A stretch of 58,958 nucleotides of DNA from a virus (IMGVR_UViG_3300032322_001673:1-58958), one strand, 5' to 3'. Shown: positions 1 to 7,564, counted from the first letter of the stretch. Numbers and translations: made by a program. Notes: generated by a model from the letters alone, not told the origin.

Positions 1-62
1 GAATCGAACCAAGCACCCCCGCGTTATCAACACGGTGCTCTAACCGAATGAGCTAAGCAGGC
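1..62 (-). tRNA. tRNA-Ile(GAT), 3' end truncated by window edge
   Basis: Reverse complement GCCTGCT-TA-GCTCATTCGGTTAGAGC-A-CCGTG-TTGATAA-CGCGG-...-GGTTCGATTC; anticodon GAT. Confidence 0.9.
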
Positions 63-65
63 AAT

Positions 66-140
66 TGGCACACCGTAGGAGAATCGAACTCCTCTTACTG
101 CCGTGAAAGGGCAATGTCCTAACCGATAGACGAACGGTGC
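66..140 (-). tRNA. tRNA-Glu(TTC)
   Basis: Cloverleaf GCACCGT...; anticodon arm TTGCC-CTTTCAC-GGCAG; T-loop GTTCGATTC; encoded CCA. Confidence 0.95.
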
Positions 141-163
141 ATAAAACTAAAATTCGAAAACTA

Positions 164-217
164 ACAAGGTGCTGACTGTTACATGGTGCCGAAGTCATTA
201 CCACACCAAAACCTTGT
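164..217 (-). ncRNA. Candidate structured RNA in tRNA-operon leader
   Basis: Closing stem 164-170/211-217 (ACAAGGT/ACCTTGT) encloses two crossing 5-bp pairings (173-177/193-197 and 184-188/204-208). Confidence 0.35.
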
Positions 218-265
218 CAAACTCTTTTCAGAGACGGATTGTTCATTTCCGTTTTATTTTTAAAT

Positions 266-276
266 TGTTAAAGATA
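266..276 (-). promoter_or_regulatory. boxA-like antitermination element
   Basis: TATCTTTAACA just downstream of a sigma70 promoter; rrn boxA consensus is TGCTCTTTAACA. Confidence 0.5.
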
Positions 277-292
277 TTGCTACGATTCAGAC

Positions 293-321
293 ATTGTATC
301 TCGTTTTGGATTTAATGTCAA
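293..321 (-). promoter_or_regulatory. sigma70 promoter
   Basis: TTGACA-17 nt-TACAAT pointing into tRNA-Glu/Ile. Confidence 0.8.
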
Positions 322-479
322 ATGTTTTTAATAAAAGCCTGAAAATAATAAGTTGTCGGAATAGTAAGATATTCTCTTATCACGCTGACACCACCTTGTG
401 GTACCCAGCCCTCACTTATCAATATAGCAACTTGTTTATGAAATTCATCATGTGTTGCATTTATGACTTTATATTCCAT
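318..479 (-). CDS. Small DUF1737-like protein (53 aa, absent from ORF track)
   Basis: MEYKVINATHDEFHKQVAILISEGWVPQGGVSVIREYLTIPTTYYFQAFIKNI; GW.PQGG...Y.QA pattern; GAAAGAG upstream. Confidence 0.6.
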   Translation of the reverse strand: MEYKVINATHDEFHKQVAILISEGWVPQGGVSVIREYLTIPTTYYFQAFIKNI

Positions 480-497
480 AATACTCTTTCGTTGAAA

Positions 498-574
<77 letters not shown>

Positions 575-579
575 AAACT

Positions 580-653
580 TGGTGGAGGATGAGAGAATCG
601 AACTCTCACGAAGGCCTTGCAAAGGCCCCAGGCTCCCATTACATCAATCCCCC
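580..653 (-). tRNA. tRNA-Ala(TGC)
   Basis: Acceptor GGGGGAT/ATCCTCC with the G3:U70 Ala identity pair and A73; loop TTTGCAA; CCA; weak D-stem. Confidence 0.85.
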
Positions 654-654
654 A

Positions 655-807
655 TTAACTTGGTACTATTTTTGGTATATATGGAACTGCTCTAGGTCCA
701 CCATACAATTGTTCAAAAAGTTTTTTAGCCTCTTGCGGTGTATCCGCAAAAACTCTTTTCTTTTCTTCACCACTTGGTGTTCTTACAGTTGTTTCATATA
801 ACGGCAT
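655..807 (-). CDS. Small hypothetical protein (50 aa, MPLYETTVRTP...)
   Basis: AAGGAG Shine-Dalgarno before ATG at 807; the longer track start (858) lies inside tRNA-Arg. Confidence 0.7.
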   Translation of the reverse strand: MPLYETTVRTPSGEEKKRVFADTPQEAKKLFEQLYGGPRAVPYIPKIVPS

Positions 808-823
808 TACAACTCCTTTAAAC

Positions 824-900
824 TGGCCTGCCCGAGACGATTCGAACGTCCGACCCACAGCTTAGAAGGCTGTTGCTCTATCCGACTGAGCTACGGGCAG
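824..900 (-). tRNA. tRNA-Arg(TCT)
   Basis: CTGCCCG acceptor; arm ACAGC-CTTCTAA-GCTGT; GTTCGAATC; CCA. Confidence 0.95.
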
Positions 901-903
901 ATA

Positions 904-942
904 ATTAATTCACAGTATATCTCAACTGTGAATTAATGTCAA
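904..942 (-). promoter_or_regulatory. sigma70 promoter overlapped by a 13-bp perfect inverted repeat
   Basis: TTGACA(942-937)-17-TATACT(919-914); IR ATTAATTCACAGT 904-916 / ACTGTGAATTAAT 925-937. Confidence 0.75.
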
Positions 943-943
943 C

Positions 944-1504
944 CTAAGACTGTAGGATTCGGCTATGTTTGGGCACGCCGCTAATCAAATATTCCATTTG
1001 ATCTGCAAGAATGTTTCTATTTTGCAAAATCATGCTTTCAAAGTGATTAGGTTCATATGGTACGTACAATAGTTCCATACGACTTTCTTTTAATGTTTTA
1101 CTGTCTTTCTTTCCGTTGCATGGTTTACATGCAGTAACAACATTCATCCATGTGTTTACGCCACCTTTGCTTTTAGGTACAATGTGATCACGGCTTAGAT
1201 GATTACTATTAAGAAAATGTCCACCGCAGTATGCACAAACATGTCTATCACGACCGAACAATGTTTTGTTTGTTAGTGCTACTTTGCCATGCTTACTAGG
1301 ATCGAATCCATGTCCTTTAATTGCAATAATACTAGGAGTTTCAATGTAACTTAGGCTTCCATCATTCTGAATTCCCCCACGAAACTTTGCAACAACTTCA
1401 CCTAGCGACCATGCAACCATATCTTTCGCAAAATATGTAATTGCATTTTCATGCGAAATCCATTGTCTTGGGATTCCACCGATGTCCAACGCTAGTACTG
1501 ACAT
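944..1504 (-). CDS. HNH endonuclease
   Basis: RDRHVCAYCG...SRDHIVPKSKGG.NTW.NVVTACKPCNGKK; AAGGAG SD. Confidence 0.92.
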   Translation of the reverse strand: MSVLALDIGGIPRQWISHENAITYFAKDMVAWSLGEVVAKFRGGIQNDGSLSYIETPSIIAIKGHGFDPSKHGKVALTNKTLFGRDRHVCAYCGGHFLNSNHLSRDHIVPKSKGGVNTWMNVVTACKPCNGKKDSKTLKESRMELLYVPYEPNHFESMILQNRNILADQMEYLISGVPKHSRILQS

Positions 1505-1535
1505 GATTCTCTCCTTTTAAGTTAAGTGTATTTAG

Positions 1536-1780
1536 ACACACTCAATTAGGGGTCAGGCTTTCTACCGTCGAAGGGTAATGCCGAGTTCATCTAATAAATG
1601 TGTATGGTAAAGCAAACTTCAAATCTTATACGCCCGTGCCTTGTAAGCCGTTAAAATATAAGCAAATTTGCTTTATCATTCCCGTTTTACTCTGCTGTTA
1701 CCGCCAGCGTTTTCATCAGGGGCTCCGCCCGTTTTGTGCATGTTTATAGTGCGCACTAAGACCTCGTTTCTTACACACTG
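1536..1780 (-). ncRNA. Candidate multi-hairpin structured RNA(s)
   Basis: GC-richer noncoding stretch downstream of a promoter; long stems 1604-1619/1664-1679 and 1536-1549/1591-1603; hairpins GCTG-GCGGTAA-CAGC, GGG-CGGAG-CCC, GTGCG...TGCAC. Confidence 0.45.
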
Positions 1781-1788
1781 TAAACGTA

Positions 1789-1941
1789 TTAAGATTCTAA
1801 CACGTTGTCTGTTTTATTGTCAACCTTTTCAATATAACCATATTGCAACCTTAATCTTTCAAATTTTTCTCTTATCAATTTGTCAAGTTGTTCATCTGAT
1901 AACATATGGTCGTTGACAAACTTATCATTTTTGTAATTCAT
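1789..1941 (-). CDS. Small hypothetical protein (50 aa, absent from ORF track)
   Basis: GGAG SD then MNYKNDKFVNDHMLSDEQLDKLIREKFERLRLQYGYIEKVDNKTDNVLES; first gene after the attenuator. Confidence 0.6.
   Translation of the reverse strand: MNYKNDKFVNDHMLSDEQLDKLIREKFERLRLQYGYIEKVDNKTDNVLES
1794..1823 (-). promoter_or_regulatory. sigma70 promoter (extended -10)
   Basis: TTGACA-18-TAGAAT with TGn before the -10. Confidence 0.7.
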
Positions 1942-1960
1942 TTGTTGTTCTCCATATAAC

Positions 1961-1995
1961 AAAAAACCCTGAGACTTTTTGAGTTCTCAGGGTTT
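1961..1995 (-). terminator. Rho-independent terminator of the attenuator
   Basis: AAACCCTGAGA-loop-TCTCAGGGTTT running into a U tract on the minus strand. Confidence 0.85.
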
Positions 1996-2033
1996 AGATA
2001 ATCCTACTATGCAACTACACTTTACCTAAACCC
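1990..2033 (-). promoter_or_regulatory. Antiterminator hairpin
   Basis: GGGTTTAGGTAA (2033-2022) pairs with TTATCTAAACCC (2001-1990), 12 bp with one G-U, overlapping the terminator 5' arm. Confidence 0.7.
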
Positions 2034-2144
2034 CAAATCCTCAATAATATTGCGGTCACTTGTTAAGGCATAAAACCCTACAGGCATCCACACCATTAGT
2101 GACGGCTGCTTTTTGGTTATATGTATACAAGTAAAGTTTCTCAT
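2022..2144 (-). CDS. Leader peptide (40 aa) containing all 20 amino acids
   Basis: MRNFTCIHITKKQPSLMVWMPVGFYALTSDRNIIEDLGFR*, located between a consensus promoter and the terminator. Confidence 0.65.
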   Translation of the reverse strand: MRNFTCIHITKKQPSLMVWMPVGFYALTSDRNIIEDLGFR

Positions 2145-2173
2145 AGTAATTTTATTTAGTCCTGATTCAAAAT

Positions 2174-2202
2174 ATTATACTTTTTAATGCAATAAATGTC
2201 AA
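2174..2202 (-). promoter_or_regulatory. Perfect-consensus sigma70 promoter
   Basis: TTGACA-17-TATAAT; CTAAATA late-type motif also present near 2153-2159. Confidence 0.88.
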
Positions 2203-2204
2203 TT

Positions 2205-2702
2205 TTAAATTTGCCCAGTCATTTGTTTCAAAGTTGACAAGATTGAAGTTACCGAACTTACAGTATCTAAATCATCTTCCTTAATGTACTGTATAACATC
2301 ATTATCGTCAACAATACAGAAGGTTCTTATTACCCTATCTTTGTCAGTATTTGCTTCTAACTTATGTGCCAAACTATATTGTTCTTGCGAATTGTCAGTA
2401 AACAGATGTAATGTAGGGGTTTCAACCTTACTTATGATTGACCAGGCCATGTTACTAAACTGCAGTTCCGTAGAACCTACAAATAACATGACTCCATTCT
2501 TTGCTAATTGTTCAGATATTTTATTAAATCCTACTAGTTCCTCTGGAAACACGTATGAAAAGTTATTTGGATAGAATACAAATATTTTCCAAACGCCTTC
2601 AAACGTCTTTTCGTTTACTAATTTTCTTCCATTTGGAGTAGGTTCATTTGGTTTAATACAATTGATAGCAAATGATCCTAACTTATCACCTATAATTTTC
2701 AT
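2205..2702 (-). CDS. Peroxiredoxin (AhpC)-like protein lacking the peroxidatic Cys
   Basis: Aligns by eye with 3655-4188: FYPNNFSYVFPEE vs YYPKDFTFVCPTE; RTFCIVDDNDVIQ vs RATFIVDPDNVIQ. Confidence 0.7.
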   Translation of the reverse strand: MKIIGDKLGSFAINCIKPNEPTPNGRKLVNEKTFEGVWKIFVFYPNNFSYVFPEELVGFNKISEQLAKNGVMLFVGSTELQFSNMAWSIISKVETPTLHLFTDNSQEQYSLAHKLEANTDKDRVIRTFCIVDDNDVIQYIKEDDLDTVSSVTSILSTLKQMTGQI

Positions 2703-2722
2703 TTATCATTTTCCTGTTATAT

Positions 2723-2742
2723 AAAAAGCCCCTTACGGGGCT
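2723..2742 (-). terminator. Rho-independent terminator after ahpD
   Basis: AGCCCC-GTAA-GGGGCT followed by TTTT. Confidence 0.8.
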
Positions 2743-2744
2743 GA

Positions 2745-3263
2745 TTAATTACTTAACACTCTTGCTACTGACGTTATAACTGCTGCTATTCGTCCAATGT
2801 CACGTAATTGTTCTACCGTGTATCCTTCTTTTTTAAGTGTTTCATAATGTGCTTTCACACAAAAATGGCACTTGCCTACAATACTTGCTGCTAAACTATA
2901 TGCTTCAAACCTTGCTTTGGTTGTGCCACCATGACTTGAAATTGCATTCATACGCAATTGTGCTGGTAAGCCTTTAAGATTTTCGTCATCAGCCATTTCA
3001 ACAAATGGATACCAAATGTTGTTTTGTGCCATCAAACTTGCTGCTGTTAATGCTGCGTCAGCCTCTTTACGGTCAGCTAATTGACTATGAACCCATGTCC
3101 AAAATTTGCTATTACCAGTTGCAAACGCTGCTGCAAGTGCCACTGCCTCTGCTTCTTCAACTGGTAATGTGCTACGCTTGATTACTGCATCTATGTTTAA
3201 TTTTGTATCCTTAGCATATTCAGGAATACTTTGTTCTTTTAATGCGTCTACCCATGCTGTCAT
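2745..3263 (-). CDS. ahpD: Alkyl hydroperoxide reductase AhpD
   Basis: YAKDTKLN, MAQNNIWY, LRMN, SLAASIVGKCHFCVKAH (CxxC). Confidence 0.9.
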   Translation of the reverse strand: MTAWVDALKEQSIPEYAKDTKLNIDAVIKRSTLPVEEAEAVALAAAFATGNSKFWTWVHSQLADRKEADAALTAASLMAQNNIWYPFVEMADDENLKGLPAQLRMNAISSHGGTTKARFEAYSLAASIVGKCHFCVKAHYETLKKEGYTVEQLRDIGRIAAVITSVARVLSN

Positions 3264-3655
3264 TTTGTTAATGCTCCTAGTTGTTTATATCCTTTATATG
3301 TAGGATGTACCTTATCTGTAGATAGTTCAGGAATAATAACGAAAGTATCACCATAGTGCCTAGCAATCTTTTTTACTATTTCTTGTTTCTCTGGTTTAAT
3401 CGCAGGAACAATCCAAAACACACGATCAGAATTAACAAAGCTTCTTAATGCTACTAATTCTATTTCGGTATTTAAATGTTTAAAATCATTACTACCTAAA
3501 CTAATAATTGTAGCTTTAGCAGGTCTGATTTTTTTAACGTATGCATCATTCCAGTCTTTGCTGTTGATACCGCTTTGAGCATAAGCCACACATTCAGTGC
3601 GTATTTGGCTTACGCCCTTTGCTATACTATCTCCTAAGATAAGGCACTCTAACAT
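3260..3655 (-). CDS. SGNH/GDSL hydrolase-like protein
   Basis: Blocks GDSIA, LGSND, DKVHPT..GY. Confidence 0.8.
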   Translation of the reverse strand: MLECLILGDSIAKGVSQIRTECVAYAQSGINSKDWNDAYVKKIRPAKATIISLGSNDFKHLNTEIELVALRSFVNSDRVFWIVPAIKPEKQEIVKKIARHYGDTFVIIPELSTDKVHPTYKGYKQLGALTK

Positions 3656-4188
3656 TATAGTGTCTCGCCACCAACTGTGCGATTACATGCACACAATTCA
3701 CCTGTTTGTAGTGCATCCAATACACGCAATGTTTCTTCTGGGCTACGACCAACGTTTAGATTGTTGACTGTAACATGTTGAATAACATTGTCTGGGTCAA
3801 CGATGAATGTAGCACGAAGTGCTGCACCTGCTGGAGCAAAGAAAATACCAAGCTGATTGATCAAACTTGATTCGCCACGCTGCGTATCTGCAAATTGCAC
3901 GTGAGTAATCTTAGCAAGATCAGGGTGAGCTTTTTGCCATGCAAGTTTACAGAACTCGTTGTCTGTAGAGCCTGTTAGCAAAACAGCATCACGGTCTTTG
4001 AAATCATTTGCCAACTTGTCATAGGCAACGATTTCAGTTGGACATACGAATGTGAAATCTTTTGGGTAGTAAACTATAACTTTCCATTTACCTTCGAAAC
4101 TTGTGTCAGTAATATCAAAAAACTGATCACTGCCTGGGTTGACGCCTGTTACTGCGAACTTCTCAATTTTATCACCTACTGTTTTCAT
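3655..4188 (-). CDS. ahpC: Peroxiredoxin AhpC
   Basis: YPKDFTFVCPTE peroxidatic motif; VGRSPEETLRVLDALQTGELC. Confidence 0.95.
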   Translation of the reverse strand: MKTVGDKIEKFAVTGVNPGSDQFFDITDTSFEGKWKVIVYYPKDFTFVCPTEIVAYDKLANDFKDRDAVLLTGSTDNEFCKLAWQKAHPDLAKITHVQFADTQRGESSLINQLGIFFAPAGAALRATFIVDPDNVIQHVTVNNLNVGRSPEETLRVLDALQTGELCACNRTVGGETL

Positions 4189-4298
4189 TTGTGTCTCCTT
4201 ATGTGTGAATGAAATTATAAAAATATTGCATATTATAATCTAATTATTTAGCTTTTTTAATTTGTTTGGGTAAATTAATTTCACATTAAATATGTATT

Positions 4299-5210
4299 AT
4301 GAATACCTTTGCATTAAATCCAAACTTATATGATGTTGTTTTTCTAAGTTATGATGAACCAAACGCTGAAGAAAACTATCAACATTTACTTTCACTAAAA
4401 CCAAAAGCAAAAAGAATTGATGGAGTTAAGGGCAGTGATGCTGCGCATAAGGCCGTCGCGGATATAGTTAAGACAGATAGAGTTATCATTGTAGATGGTG
4501 ACAATAAAATTGCTACAAACTTTTTTCGCTTTAATGTTTACACCAAACCACATTTTGATTGGACTGATTACGTTTTTAGTTACAGCAGTTTTAATCCTGT
4601 AAACAACAATTGCTATGGTAATGGTGGTATTAAGTGCTGGCCTGTGCATTTATTAAAGGAAATGCGTACACATGAAGCAGGTGATAGTGTTGATTTTCAG
4701 CTTGACAAGTACCTAGAACTAAACAGAATCGGCAGTGAAACAATTATAAATCAAAGTCCACAACAAGCATTTCGTGCAGGCTTTAGAGATGGTATGAAGT
4801 TACTAGATAGCGGAGAAAAAGATTTTGAAAAAATGGATTGGCGCAACCGTGAAAGACTTTATAATTGGATGCATTTAGGCAGTGATGTTAAGAATGGATT
4901 ATGGGCAATATATGGTGCAAGACTAGGAGCATTTTTGTTGCTTAGAGGGTATGATATAAGAGTACTAAATGACTTTAGCCAATTAGATGAAATATTTGAA
5001 GTCTATAGCAGAATAGCAACAGCCAATCTACAATTAGAATGCGACAAGTTGGGGAAAACATTTAATAGCAAATATGTGCATGATGTTTTAAGTAGTGACG
5101 AAAGTATGGAAATCAAAAAGAACTATATTCCACCAAAACGCAGTGCAGAAGAATTTTTAGCAGTTACAAGTAAGGAAGATATAGAACAATTTTATGCAAA
5201 TACCATTTGA
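4299..5210 (+). CDS. Glycosyltransferase-like (GT-A) phage protein
   Basis: YDVVFLSYDEPNA, IIVDGDN (DxD), YGNGGIK, QAFRAGFR. Confidence 0.5.
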   Translation: MNTFALNPNLYDVVFLSYDEPNAEENYQHLLSLKPKAKRIDGVKGSDAAHKAVADIVKTDRVIIVDGDNKIATNFFRFNVYTKPHFDWTDYVFSYSSFNPVNNNCYGNGGIKCWPVHLLKEMRTHEAGDSVDFQLDKYLELNRIGSETIINQSPQQAFRAGFRDGMKLLDSGEKDFEKMDWRNRERLYNWMHLGSDVKNGLWAIYGARLGAFLLLRGYDIRVLNDFSQLDEIFEVYSRIATANLQLECDKLGKTFNSKYVHDVLSSDESMEIKKNYIPPKRSAEEFLAVTSKEDIEQFYANTI

Positions 5211-6186
5211 GAAAATAGTAAGGTTTGGTCAGCACACAATGCTGGAACATCCTCTCTTTTCCGTGAGTTGGATACTAGGCAGATTCTGTAATTATAAATG
5301 TAGTTATTGTTGGCCATACGCAAATACTGACACTCCCGATCATCAATCACTGGATGTTTACAAACACGCAATAGATCAAATTAAATTGCAAGCAAGGCAA
5401 AATAAATTTACTGATTTTCACTGGTCGTTTAGTGGCGGAGAGCCAACCGCTTATAAACATTTACATGAATTAATTAAACATTTAGAAGATGGCATAACAC
5501 CATATCAAAGCATTCACATGACTACCAATTTAAGTCCTAGTAAGAAATGGTGGGCTAAGTGGTGTAGTAACACCGACCTTCTTCAACGTAGATCAATAAC
5601 TGCAAGTTATCATAGTGAATTTGCAAATGAGAATGAGTTTGCAGAAAAATGTTTATTCTTAATGGGTGAGAATGTTTATGTGACTATTAATCAAGTTATG
5701 GTTCCTAATCAGTTCTATGAGTTATATGAAAGATGTCAGCGTTTTCATGATAAAGGGATCAATGTTACACTAAAGCCACAAAGCAATGAAAGTGCAAATG
5801 CAATTGTAGATGGATATACACCTGACATGATTGAGATAATGCAGAACGGATTCCCGCAAAAAGTTAATGAACAAGAATTATACCAAATACGATTATACGA
5901 TTCTGATAATGTAGAATATAAATTTGATCAAGCCGAAAGATTTAATGCTTTTGGTTTCAACCAATTCACCAATTGGCATTGCAATAGCGGCTATCAAAGT
6001 GTTATAATAAGAGGTTCGGAGGTGAAGCGTGGTTACAGTTGCAGCGAAAGACATTTAGGCACTTTGCAGCAAGGGTTTAGTTTATTTACCAAACCTACAA
6101 TGTGCATCACAAACCGATGCGTGAGTAGTGCTGACAGTAAAATACCAAAAGAAAAATGTCACATTGATAGTTTTAATAATGAATAA
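5194..6186 (+). CDS. Radical SAM protein
   Basis: CNYKCSYC, SGGEPT, C-terminal Cys cluster. Confidence 0.9.
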   Translation: MQIPFEKIVRFGQHTMLEHPLFSVSWILGRFCNYKCSYCWPYANTDTPDHQSLDVYKHAIDQIKLQARQNKFTDFHWSFSGGEPTAYKHLHELIKHLEDGITPYQSIHMTTNLSPSKKWWAKWCSNTDLLQRRSITASYHSEFANENEFAEKCLFLMGENVYVTINQVMVPNQFYELYERCQRFHDKGINVTLKPQSNESANAIVDGYTPDMIEIMQNGFPQKVNEQELYQIRLYDSDNVEYKFDQAERFNAFGFNQFTNWHCNSGYQSVIIRGSEVKRGYSCSERHLGTLQQGFSLFTKPTMCITNRCVSSADSKIPKEKCHIDSFNNE

Positions 6187-7564
6187 AATACCAACATACA
6201 TCAAACTTATTGAAGAAAAGACAGGGTCACCTACCTTTTGCGTTTTACCATGGATTCATTTAGCAACCAGACCCAATGGTGATGCAAGACTGTGTTGCGG
6301 TAGTAATGCTAGTCAAGCAACGAAAGGAATACTAGATGCTGGTCTAGTTAGAAAAGAAAATGGAGAAGTTGCTAACTTCGGAAAAGACACACTACAACAA
6401 GCCTTTAATAATGTTTACATGCGTGATGTAAGGAAAACAATGCTAGAAGGCAAAATACCTTCTAGTTGCACTAAGTGTTTTGAAGAAGAACAAAATGGCA
6501 TTCTAAGTAAAAGAATTTGGGAAATGTATGAATGGGATAAAGATGGAATAGATTTTAAACAACTTATTGCTGACACAAAAGAAGATGGTGAAGTTCCTAC
6601 TGCTATACGATACTTTGACATTAGATTAGGACACACCTGTAATTTAAAGTGCGTTATGTGTACACCGCACGACAGTTCAAAGTGGGTACAAGATCATAAG
6701 AAAATTATTCCTATTACAAAAAGCGAGACCGTGTTGCAACAGATAGCATGGGATCAATCCACATTTGACAATACCTGGTATGAGAAATCAGAGTTTTGGG
6801 AAGAAGTGTTTGAACAGATTCCTAATATACAACAAATGTATTTTGCAGGTGGCGAACCTTTAATGATTAAGGAACATCATAAATTCCTAGAGGAAATCAT
6901 TAAGCGAGGGTATGAAAAACAAATAACACTAAGATATAACAGTAACGGTATATTTGTAGATGATTATATCATTGACATGTGGAGTAAATTTAAAAAGGTT
7001 AAATTTGCATTCAGTATTGATGCAGTCAATGAAAGAAATCACTACATAAGATATCCTGCAGAGTGGGATATTATTGTTAAAAATTTACATAAATTAGACA
7101 ACACACCTGACAACATACATATAGGAATCGCATGTGCTGTGCAAATTTTTAATATCAAGCATATCATAGATTTCGCTAAATGGAAAATACAACAAAACTT
7201 TAAGAAAATAAACAAATACCAAGTAGAAAACTACCTAGTGGGCGGCGGTATTTTGAACATGCATATGTTGTATATACCAACCTTCTTAAGTGCAAGAATG
7301 TTACCCGAAGAAGATAAAAAAGAATTAAGAAATCAATTTATAGAATTTAAAAATTGGTTATGGGATAACTATACTCAGGATGATGTATTTTGGAATTCTA
7401 GTCCATATGGTTGGCAAAGATGGGAAGGTATATTAAAATTTGTAGAGGCAGAAGATCATAGCCACTTGTTGCCAGACTTTAAGGAATATGTTTCTAATTT
7501 AGACGTAATTAGAGGCACAAATTCAAAACAAATATTTCCAGAATTAGCCAGTTTACTAAAATGA
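6179..7564 (+). CDS. Radical SAM protein with N-terminal SPASM/twitch-like domain
   Basis: FCVLPWIH...LCC...CTKC then CNLKCVMC, AGGEPL; start moved to ATG 6179, overlapping the previous stop. Confidence 0.9.
   Translation: MNKIPTYIKLIEEKTGSPTFCVLPWIHLATRPNGDARLCCGSNASQATKGILDAGLVRKENGEVANFGKDTLQQAFNNVYMRDVRKTMLEGKIPSSCTKCFEEEQNGILSKRIWEMYEWDKDGIDFKQLIADTKEDGEVPTAIRYFDIRLGHTCNLKCVMCTPHDSSKWVQDHKKIIPITKSETVLQQIAWDQSTFDNTWYEKSEFWEEVFEQIPNIQQMYFAGGEPLMIKEHHKFLEEIIKRGYEKQITLRYNSNGIFVDDYIIDMWSKFKKVKFAFSIDAVNERNHYIRYPAEWDIIVKNLHKLDNTPDNIHIGIACAVQIFNIKHIIDFAKWKIQQNFKKINKYQVENYLVGGGILNMHMLYIPTFLSARMLPEEDKKELRNQFIEFKNWLWDNYTQDDVFWNSSPYGWQRWEGILKFVEAEDHSHLLPDFKEYVSNLDVIRGTNSKQIFPELASLLK

Noticed and set aside
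1700-1780. Hammerhead ribozyme (GAAAC...GTC and CTGATGA present)
   Set aside because: Stem I does not pair, stem III is minimal and stem II is not flush with the core; kept only as an unassigned RNA candidate.
1668-1916. Plus-strand 82-aa ORF
   Set aside because: Antisense to a promoter, a structured RNA candidate and a better-supported minus-strand ORF with SD.
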